Positions 11,390 through 21,240 of a stretch of 64,000 nucleotides of DNA are shown piece by piece. The DNA is taken from contig NC_092383.1 of assembly GCF_030028105.1 (NCBI RefSeq), positions 97,859,604-97,923,603 on the forward strand, given 5' to 3'. The position numbers and the translations under genes are program-made. How positions within the stretch are numbered: the first letter of the stretch is position 1; each line of letters starts with the position of its first letter. This DNA comes from Mobula birostris. Its lineage: Eukaryota. Under the pieces are notes generated by a model. It worked only from the letters and a program-made list of their open reading frames with translations, searched no databases and was not told the origin of the DNA.

Positions 11390-12048
11390 AATGTCTGCTC
11401 CCTATCCAAAGCCTTCACATTCTTCATATAATGAAATGACTGGAACAGAAAGCAATACTTCAGATCTCCAAACTAGGGATTTTAAGGATACAGTATAACT
11501 TCCTAATTTATGAACTCATTGCCTCAACTAAGCCAGTACCTTATTTTACCACCCTATCAATATGCAGCCACATTTCCCTGCTATTGTCTGCATCTGAGCC
11601 ATATCCAATTGCACCTATTGGCACTTCTCTCTACAATGCACAACACCACCAATCTTTATCTCATCTATAAACATGCTAACCTTCCCGTCTACATTTCTAT
11701 CCAAAGAACAGTTAGAGGCCTTAAAGGCTCACAACCCTGCTTCCTGCTCACTGAGATCAGGGTTGGGCTGATCTTGATCTTAGCTCTGCTTTCCTGCCTG
11801 TTCCCACGCCTTCCCCAACTCCTTTCCACATCAAAACTCTGTCTCAGTCCTGAACACAGGGACTCAGCCTCCACAGCTCTTTTTGGGAGAAAATTGCATT
11901 GATTCCAGACCTTTGGCAAGGGGATCATCTCTGTCTGAAATGGTAGTCCCTTATTTTGAAACTGTGCCCTCATTCAGAACCCACCTCACTCTGATTCCTG
12001 CTCCAGTCTCTAAGCTCACCTGCTGACTGCCTCCTCTTGTCTCCTCAG

Positions 12049-12351
12049 ACTGGATGGGGACTGTGAAAGGAGCTTCGGGACAGACAGTCTCCTTACGTGC
12101 TGGGATCACACCTTGGCGGGATGTTTATCAGGTGGTGTGGAGATCAAACGGAACCAGAATAGCAGAATACACAAATGGCACCATTTCCTACTTCGGTACT
12201 GAGGAGTACAAGCAACGGATAACTCTTCATCCCAGGGACTTCAGTCTGGAAATCCGTGATCTACAGAGAGAGGATGCTGGTGATTATGAGGTGGAAATTG
12301 CTGTGGGTTCTGGAGCTGAACTTAAGGCGAGAGTGCGACTGGAAGTGAACG
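12049..12351 (+). CDS. Gene A IgV exon 3
   Basis: Acceptor CTCCTCTTGTCTCCTCAG, 303 nt, phase 1-1, donor GTGAGT; VVWRSNG...FSLEIRDLQREDAGDYEVEI...RVRLEV. Counterpart of gene B V3. Confidence 0.9.
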
Positions 12352-13407
12352 GTGAGTGAGACACAGCGAGGGGCCTGGGTTTTACCAGTTCCTGAAACAC
12401 CCTAATTAATGGGTGACGGGAGATCCTGGCCATTCCACTCTTTACTGAACCCCACTGCCTGATTGTCCATGTCCAAGACATTCATTCTTGGGGGTAGAGG
12501 TGGAGAGTTTGGGAGGGTTGGTTGGAGTAGCCTGTCTGAGTATCTGCAGTGACATTGACAGGTACACAGCGGCCACTGTGTACCCCAGTGGTGGAGCTGA
12601 AATTCCCCCAGACGATAAGATAATTGCCATTGTCGATGGAACTCTAAAGAATGGACACCTCTCAAGTGAATCATGTTTGCATCACCCTGATCCACAGATC
12701 CTGGGACAGAGATCCACCTAGTTCTGTAGCACAGGTCTTCAGTACCACACCTGGGTGTAGTCTGGTCCCATAGTTGTTGCTGTATCCAGTAAGCTGATGT
12801 CACAGGGAATGAACTGAATTGTCTGGAGACTGGTTTTTGTGATGGGGGATCTCAGGAGGAAGCTGAGGGAGATCGTCCACTCAGCACTTCTGTCTGAACA
12901 TGGATGTGAATGATCAGCCTTATCTCTGGCACTCACACGCTGGGTCGCACCGTCAGTGAGGGAGGGGATGTTTATAGAGACTCCACCTCCCATCAGCTGT
13001 TGTCCATGACCAGATGTAAGGGGACTGTGGAGCTTTGATCTGATCTGTGGGGTGTGGGATCCCTCAGCTCAGTTTCCTCCGGCTTTGCTGTTGAACTTAC
13101 ACTTTATCCTGTGTTACAGCTTCACCAGGTCGGCACCTCACCATTTTTAGAATTCCTTGGGCGGCTCCCAGTAGGTCCCTCTGCATCCTTCATCAAAACG
13201 TATTTGGTGCTGTCAGTGTTACATGGGCCAGAACTGTGTAGTTTTCCCAGTGAGGTCCAATCCAGAGATATGGAGACCAGATCAGTGCACAGTGCTCCCA
13301 GCGTGGTCTCACAGGGATATGAAGACAAGATCTGTGTACAGAGCTCCCAGTCTGTAATAAACCAGGGATATAGAGAGTAGAACTCGGGCTTAAAAGAAAT
13401 ACTCGGA

Positions 13408-13612
13408 ACGGGGACTGACGTTAATGGACATGTGTGAGAGGTTATTGCAAAGAGACTGACAGTAATAGGAGTGTGTGAGAGGGAACTGATGGTAATTGGT
13501 GTGTCTGAGAGGTGATTGGAAGGGGGACTGACGATAATGGGTTTGTGTGGGAGGTTTAGAAAGGGGACTGACAGTAATGGGTGTGTTTGAGAGGTGATTG
13601 GAAAGGCGACTG
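13408..13612 (+). repeat. ~42-bp minisatellite
   Basis: About 5 degenerate copies of GAGAGGTGATTGGAAAGGGGACTGACRGTAATGGGTGTGT. Confidence 0.8.
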
Positions 13613-13622
13613 ACTCTATGAG

Positions 13623-14826
13623 TTAACATAGAAAACCTACAGCTCAATACACGCCCTTCAGCCCCCAATGCTGTGCTGAATATGTACTTAATTTAGAAGC
13701 ATAGCCCTCTATTTTTCTAAGCTCCATGTACCTATCCAGGAGTCTCTGAAAAGACCCTATCATTATCCGCCTCCACCACCATTGCCGGCAGCCCATTCCA
13801 CATACTCACCACTCTCTGTATTAAAAAAAACTTACCCCTGACTTCTCTGTACCTACTTCCAAGCACCTTAAAAATGTGTCCTCTTGTGTTAGTCATTTCA
13901 GCCCTGGGAAAAAGCTTCTTGACTATCCACACGATCAATGCCTCTCATCATCTTGTACACCTCTATCAGGTCACCTCTCATCTTCCGTCACTCCAAGGAG
14001 AAAAGGCCGAGTTCACTCAACCTATTCTCATAAGGCAATCTCCCCAATCCAGGCAGCATCCTTGTAAATCTCCTCTGCACCCTTTCTATAGTTTCTACAT
14101 CCTGTAGGGAGGTGACCAGAACTGAGCACAGCACTTCAAGTGGGATCTGACCATGGTCCTATAAAGCTGTAACATTACCTCTTGGCTCTTAAGCTCAATC
14201 GTATGGTTGATGAAGGCCAATACACCATATGCTTTCTTAACCACAGAGTCAACCTGCGCAGCTGCTTTGAGTGTCCTATGTACTCGGACCCCAAGATTCC
14301 TCTGATCCTCCACACTGCCAAGAGTCTTACCACTAATACTGTATTCTGTCATCATATTTGACCTAGCAAAATGAGCCACCTCACACTTTTCTGGTTTGAA
14401 CTCCATCTGCCACTTCTCAGCCCAGTTTTGCATCCTATTGATGTCCCGCTGTAACCTCTGACAGCCATCCACACTATCCACAACACCCCCAACCTTTGTG
14501 ACATCAGCAAATTTACTAACCCATCCCTCCACTCCACATCCAAGTCATTTATAAAAATCACAAAGAGAAGGGGTCCCAGAACAGATCCCTGAAGCACACC
14601 ACTGGTCACAGACCTCCATGCAGAGTATGACCCATCTACAACCACTCTTTGCCTTCTGTGGGCAAGCCAATTCTGGATCCACAAAGCAAGGTCCCCTTGG
14701 ATCCCATGCCTCCTTACTTTCTCAGTAAGCCTGGCATAGGGTACCTTATCAAATGCCTTGCTGAAATCTATATACACTACACCTACTGCTCTACCTTCAT
14801 CAATGTGTTTGGTCACATCCGCAAAA
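13623..14826 (-). mobile_element. CR1 LINE 3' fragment (RT)
   Basis: [43 protein letters not shown]; CATAGAAAACCTACAG tail. Confidence 0.9.
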
Positions 14827-14829
14827 TTC

Positions 14830-16070
14830 AGAGTTCATGATTTGTTTAGAAATTTGAAGGTGGGGGGAAAGCTGTTCCTAAGACATTGAGTATGTGTCTT
14901 CAGGCTCTGGTACCACCTCTTTGTTGGTAGTAATGAGATGAGGGCATGTGCTGGGTGGCTGGGATCCTGAATGAAGGACGCTGCCTTTTTGAGGCAGGTT
15001 CTTTTGATGTCGTTATTGCTTGGGAGGCTCGTGCACATGATGGAACTGGCCGAGTTTCCAATGCGCAGCAGATTCTTCCGCATGTTTTTACACTTCATCT
15101 CAGACAATGATACAACTGATCATGCCCTCCACAGTTCATCTGTAGAAACCTGCTTGAGTTTTTGGTGACATACCAAATTTTGTCAAACTCCCAATGAAAT
15201 TGAGCCACTTAAATGCCCTCTTTGAAATTTACAGTTGGGCCCAGGATAGATCTTCAAAGATGTTGATGCTCAGGAAATTGAAACTCCTCACTCCTTTATA
15301 TTGTTGATCCCTCAATGACGACTGGGGTGTCTTCCCTTGAATTTCCCTTCTTGAAATCCACAATCAATTCTGTGGTCTTACTGACGTTGACTGCAAAGTT
15401 GTTGTTACAACACCATTCAACCAGCTGATCTATCTCACTCCACTCCTGTACACCACCTCATCACTGTCTGAGATTTGTATCATTGGTGAAATTTTAGATT
15501 GCAGTTGAGTTGTTACCAACCATACAATCATGGGTTAGGTTTACAGTTAGGGTTAGAGAAAGTAGAACAATGCGCTAAGCACACAATTTTGAGGTGCACC
15601 AGTGTTGCTTGTGAACAAAGAGGAGATGATCATTTTTTTCCGCACTCACTGTGATCTCCTGATGAAGAACTCCAGGATCTGGTTGCAGAGGCCCAGGGTT
15701 TGGAGTTTGTTGGTTAGTTCTGAGGGGATGATGGGGCTGTAATCAATAGACAACCTGACATGGGTATCGCTGATGTCCAGGTGGTCCAATCCTGACTGGA
15801 GAGCCAGTGACATAGCATCTGCTATACATCTGTGGGCAAATTGCAGCAGGACCAGGTCTTTGCTGAGGCAGGAGTCAATTCTAGTCGTCATTAACCGTTC
15901 CAAGCTATTCACCAGAGTAGATGTGAGTGAAAGTGAGTGATGGTCGTTGAGGCGGCTCATTCTTTTATTTTTGGGCACCAGTATGAATGAGGCCTTTTTG
16001 AAGCGGTTGGGAACCTCTGGTTACAGCAGTGAGAGATTGAAGATGTCCTTGACACTCCCACCTGTTGGTT
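14830..16070 (-). mobile_element. Rex1/Babar-like LINE fragment
   Basis: LNDHHSLSLTS...ERL, DLVLLQFA, and C-terminal IQDPSHPAHALISLLPTKRWYQSLKTHTQCLRNSF. Confidence 0.75.
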
Positions 16071-16469
16071 GACACAGATTTTGGGTGCCCTACCAGGTAC
16101 AGCAAAGATGTTCTGACATCAGCTTCAGAGACAGATATCAATGGATTGCCGGGGGCTGGAAAATTTGGCAAGACCGTGTGAGCCAATTATGGAACGCCAC
16201 TGGTTTTGTTAGCGGGTCAGAGTCAGCACAAACCATATTCCGTACCTCAGCTGAGGTCCAGGGCTTTAGAATTGGGGTTTCTCCCACCATTGTTCGGGGA
16301 AATGGACCGATATCTCCCCAGTAGAGCTATCTGTTGCCTCAGCTCTTATTCCCTTTGATTTTGTTGTCTGTTGCCTTCGAAAAGGTGTTAATTCGGGGAA
16401 CCATTCTGTTCCGGACCCTCGGTGTGCAAACAATAGGCAACGCAGAATAGGTGGGTGGTTGCGGCTACT

Positions 16470-16961
16470 TCAATGACCTGAGAGGTCCTGAGGTGGATCA
16501 CACGGAGGAGGGGGAGAAGCAGAAGCAGCCGGTAACTGTGGGTGCAGACTGTTGGCGGGTCCTGGAGCCGCGGCCGTCGGTGTCCTGGGTTTTTTGTTAG
16601 AAGTAGTTTCTTTCTTACGTTTTGTCTTAGGTTGTTGGTGCTGTTTGGCCACTTGTTCCCATTTATTAAAACACCACATCACATAATCGAGGTACCATGT
16701 AGGATCTCCGCTAGCTGAATCAGTCGTCTCCTTCCAATATTTTATCTTTTTCTGGTCAAAAGAACCTCCATAAGGCCAATCCCCTTTATTCCAACCGTAC
16801 AAATCACTAGAAAATGTAACCGAGTCCCTGCTGTCCACTGTTTCCAAAAAAACCTTATCTGCGGGTGATCCCAGGGGGAACCAGCAGTCACCCAGCAATT
16901 TCTTTGTCTTCTTGTACTTTTCGATTTTCTTCATTGTGGTGTCATTTACTGGTATTTTCAT
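16470..16961 (-). pseudogene. gag: Endogenous retrovirus gag N-terminus (class I, gamma/epsilon-like matrix plus proline-rich region)
   Basis: WPYGGSFDQKKI matrix-like motif followed by LHPQLPAASASPPPP; PBS about 500 nt upstream on the same strand. Confidence 0.65.
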
Positions 16962-17466
16962 TTTAGGACCACTCAGGCATCACTTCTGAGGCACTGTTCT
17001 CGACGGTTTACCTTTAGAAAGGGCAGCTAACCTACCAGGACGGTTACCCATCTTTTCAAGTCTTAAACCTTACTTAACGGGTGTTAATATATTCCCACGC
17101 CCCAGCTATTGGCTTGTATAATCAGCTGATTATGACGATGAACATCTGGGTCCAAAAAAGATCAGTTTTATTCTAATGCAATTTAAAATTTCATTATTCC
17201 CTGTCCCTTCTCCCAGTTTCTGTCCTGTTCTTACTGGAACTCAGGAACACTGGTCACCACCGGTAAGGGACAACGTTGTCTAACACAGTCCTGGTCCCCA
17301 GTCTTGAATCCCTTATTTCAGGGCAATCTCATGTGCAGCCTTGTCTGACACCATCCCAGGTCCCTGGTCTTGAAGCCCGTCTTCCAGGGCAAACTCGTGG
17401 GCAGCCTATTTCCCTTCCAAGGTGCCAATTTCTCCATCATAGGTTCACCATATCCCTTTTAAAGGG

Positions 17467-17483
17467 ATCCCATCTCGTCACCG
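17467..17483 (-). promoter_or_regulatory. Degenerate primer-binding site, tRNA-Ser(GCT)-like
   Basis: Minus strand CGGTGACGAG-ATGGGAT versus expected TGGCGACGAGGATGGGAT (2 substitutions, 1 deletion). Confidence 0.6.
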
Positions 17484-17624
17484 ATATTGTCTGGGCATAT
17501 CAAGTAACATTCGGACTGAAATATTGATATTGTCGGGGAATTCAAAAGAACAGTTGGACCCAGATATTCAACTGTTTCTTATTTCCGTGGCCATGTGAGA
17601 ATCGTCTCTCAAACAGTAAGACTG

Positions 17625-19147
17625 CAGGTGTCCTCCGCTTTTCGAATGTTCACTTTACGAAACCTCACTGTGACGAAAAACCTACATTAATACCCTGTTT
17701 TCGCTTTCAGAAGGTGTTTTCACTGTTATGAGGAAAGGCAGGCGTGAAAAAATCGGTGCGTGATAAAAGGCAGCGCGCGCGCCGAGCAGCCGCTGTCCCT
17801 CGGATTCGGAACGGCATTGCTTTAACACGTTGCATTGAGCAGCCGTTAGCAAGATGATTTCAAAGGTGTCGGAAAAGCCTGAAAGAGTAAGGGTGTTACA
17901 CAGCGTAAAACTAGACATAATTAAGCATTTCGATCGTGGTGGATGAAGCAAGGACAAAGCTTCTGGAAGTTGACGAAGATGATGTTGAAGAGGTTTTGGC
18001 ATCCCATGACCAAGAACTGATAGATGAAGAGCTGATGCAATTGGAAGAGGAAAGGATAACAATCGAAACCGAATGCAACCGAAGGCAGAAAGTGAAGCAA
18101 CTGCGTGAGATTTTCGCTGCAATGATAAAGTATGACTTTAATTTTGAAAGGGTACGCAGGTTTAGGGGATATTTGCAGGATGGTTTGAGTGCTTACAAAC
18201 AACTGTATGATAGAAAAATGCGCGAGGCTGAGCAGTCAAGCAAGCCTTCCACATCAGCCACAGCAGACGACGAACCTCAACCTTCGACATTGAGGTGGGC
18301 AGCCATAGGAGAAGGTGAGCTGCCTGCCTTGATCGACAATGAGATGTCCCACCACCCCAACACCTGGGCCCCGGACAGATACTGTACCGATTTGCGAAGA
18401 ACGCAGCGGTAGCCAGGAGGCATACAGCACATCTTTAAGAAAAAAGCCGAAATAAACATGCTAATTAATTAGGTGCCGCCTAGCACGTAATTGTCGCCTC
18501 TGATCTGCGCCGACACTTACGTGCCGGGCAGCACCTAATTAATTAGCATGTTTATTTCGGCTTTTTTCTTAAAGATGTGCTGTGTGCCTCCAGCCTACTG
18601 CTGCATTCTTCGCGGCAATGTATCGGGTTGGCGGCCCAGAGGGTGGGAGCCACTGTAACACCCAGCCTGCGACAACTCAGTCTAACACACCATCATCAGT
18701 GTGCTCAGCGCTGTTTTCCCAATTCCGGTAAGTGATACTACACTGTACATACATTATTTCTACTTTATATAGGCTGCGTATTTTTACGTGTTATTTGGTA
18801 GATTTGGCAGCTTCATAGTTTAAAGGTTACTGGAGAGCGCATTTATGCCAACAGCGCTTGCGTGAGATTTTCGCTATGGAGATCTGTGCAGGCAATCGTT
18901 GTAGAGAAGTATTTCTACTTTATATAGGCTGTGTATTTATCATATCATTCCTGCTTTTACTATATGTTACTGATATTTTAGGTTTTATGTGTTATTTGGC
19001 ATGATTTGGTAGGTTATTTTTGGGTCTGCGAACACTCACAAAATTTTCCCATATGAATAAATGGTAATTGCTTCTTCACTTCACGACATTTCGGCTTATG
19101 AACCGTTTCATAGGAACGCTCTACCTTCGGATGGCGGGGGAAACGTG
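17625..19147 (+). mobile_element. Tigger/pogo-like DNA transposon, internally deleted
   Basis: Imperfect TIRs CAGGTGTCCTCCGCTTTTCGAA and (rc) CACGTTTCCCCCGCCATCCGAA, TA at the right end. N-terminal HTH-like VKLDIIKHFDRG fused to C-terminal EDDVEEVLASHDQELIDEEL. Confidence 0.8.
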
Positions 19148-19574
19148 TATATAATTCATAATTCTTCCTTTTCAGACAGCTACAGACTTCAAGTCAAGGT
19201 TTCCTGATAATGTAAGTAGATGTAATCCAAGCATTTGTGAGACTGAATGGAAGTACCTTTTCACAACAAGCCCTGCAGCTGGAGGAGGGTGGTTAGCAAT
19301 TAGCTCAGCATCTTGCTGTTATGCTTTAATAATACTTGTGGTTTTCCACACTCCCTTTTATCTTTTCAACATTTTCTGTTCCCTTCTACCAGAACATTCA
19401 GTGGTCATACATTTTCATTAACCCTCAAAATTTCCTCTCACCCATTTTCCAGTGTTGCCTTCAGCTGTCCTTTTTGACTTCTCCTCCCATACTCCCAGCT
19501 CAACAAGACAGCTCCTCTCTGTGTCCGATCTCAGGAGTGTGTGGGACAGTGCAGAATGAACAAGGATCTGTGTT

Positions 19575-20473
19575 TTACTCGTAACTTCTTCCGGTTAAGA
19601 TGGTGCTGCTGAACCTCTGCGATCTCTGGTTGGCAGCTAACGAAACAATGACAGCGACTAAATACTTTGTTAACCACACTTTTAGCAAACAATCATCGCA
19701 GTAGTCTGTAACTTCCCTTTGGGATTGGAGGCATTTCGATGTGGCGGAACCGAGGCAAGGCGAGGCGGCGGACCCGTTGCCGAGAGCGTGGGAAATCAAG
19801 AAAATTCAGGCACGGGCCGAATTGAAACTGCGTGGTCCAGGCGCCAGACATGACTGAGCACGATCTGCGGACGGAGATTTACAGACCGAATCAATGCCGT
19901 GGGGTCAGGCACCAGACACAACTAAGCATGATTTTTGGATGGAGATTTACAGGAGAATTGAAGTGGTGAGTCCAGCGTATCCAAGAGACGAGCCGGTTGT
20001 TCAGATGGAGATTTAACCACTGGGCCAGATAGAAAAGGTCAGGTTGTTGAGGCCCGAGGCAAGGCTTGGGCTGCCTCAGATCGCTGCTCAAAGCGGCAGA
20101 ACCCGATGTTGGGATGGAGAGTTACGCTCCGAGCCAGATTGGAAACGTCAGGGTGTCAGAAAGGTCTGGGTGACGGGGACCGAGGTGAGGTTCGGGCTGA
20201 TTAAGATCGCTGCTCCACAATGTTTACATGGCTCTACACTAAAGTATGGGACTCTCTTGCAGACCTCAGTTCAAAAACACGACTGGCTTGCAGTTACTGT
20301 TTACATGATGGATTGTTTCTATTGCACATTGAGTATTCAACGGTCTTTTTTCATATTGGTGTGTTTGTTTTTGTGTTTCTTTGTCTCGTGGCTGGCTGCC
20401 TGTCAGGAGATGAATCTGGAGGTTCTATAATGTATGCACATTTTGATAAACTGTACTTTGTACTTTGAACTTT
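19575..20473 (+). mobile_element. Non-autonomous retroposon with (TTTGAAC/TTTGTAC)n tail
   Basis: Ends GATAAACTGTACTTTGTACTTTGAACTTT; no coding similarity recognised; family unassigned. Confidence 0.4.
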
Positions 20474-20868
20474 AATTGGGGATAGAGTCAGGGATACAGG
20501 GTGATGGGGAGAGGGGTTTCTGTGGGAAGGTGTGAGGGAGTTGGATTAACATCAATTGAGATACAGTCAGCGATACAGGGCACTGTGGGAGTGTGGTTAC
20601 CAAGTGACAGTGTGAAGGAACTTGTTTAACATCAGTGGAGATACAGCTGGTGACATTGTTGGCTGTGATTTAAGGGGAGTGATGTGAGGATGATTGGAAC
20701 TGGAAGTGTGGGAATGGGATTAATTCTGTAATCCTTTCTCTCCATCCCCCTCCCCCTTCATGATGGGGAGTTTTATCTGGCCTGTGGTGAGAGGGAGTGG
20801 ATCCATCAATTCCTTGTTACTGGGAGTATGAGGATAGGATTAATTACAGAATCTTTTCTCCTCCCCAG

Positions 20869-21021
20869 ATCCTGCTGACAGATCGTCACACGCTGCTTGG
20901 ATCATTCCCCTCGTTGTGATACTCATTCTGTTACTTGTGTGTTGCTGTATATATAGAAAGAGGGAGTATCTTCGCTCACACTGGGACAAATGTATGGGAA
21001 AGAAATCCGGAACATCTGACG
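20869..21021 (+). CDS. Gene A transmembrane exon (TM1)
   Basis: Acceptor TCTTTTCTCCTCCCCAG, 153 nt, phase 1-1, donor GTAGGT. DPADRSSH-AAWIIPLVVILILLLVCCCIY-RKREYLRSHWDKCMGKKSGTSD: hydrophobic span plus basic stop-transfer. Confidence 0.85.
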
Positions 21022-21064
21022 GTAGGTGTCTCCCCCCCCCCCGCCCACACACGACCAGTGCCAG

Positions 21065-21237
21065 ATTACAGATCGTCACACACTGGTTGTATAATTCCCA
21101 TTGTGATACTCAGTTTGATCATTGCGTGTGCCGTACTGTATATAATCCGGGGTCATCTTTGCTCTGTAAACTCTGGCATCATTGTCACTCATGCAAGTCC
21201 ACCCCGATGGGAAAGGCATCAAGAAGGATACATGTGA
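21065..21237 (+). CDS. Gene A second, paralogous TM exon (TM2) ending in a stop
   Basis: CCAG|AT phase-1 acceptor; DYRSSHTGCIIPIVILSLIIACAVLYIIRGHLCSVNSGIIVTHASPPRWERHQEGYM*. Nucleotide similarity to TM1 (GATCGTCACAC...TTGTGATACTCA). Confidence 0.6.
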
Positions 21238-21240
21238 TGA

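Noticed and set aside
12832-12840. GGTTTTTGT, a perfect RSS nonamer, and nearby CACAGTG/CACTGTG heptamers, suggesting V(D)J-type rearrangement
   Set aside because: No heptamer at 12 or 23 nt spacing; the paralogue has GGTTTCTGT; the V exons end in splice donors, not RSSs.
12352-20868. A C2-type Ig exon between V3 and TM
   Set aside because: No open frame with C...W...C spacing and phase-1 splice sites found by eye; the interval is mostly transposon-derived.
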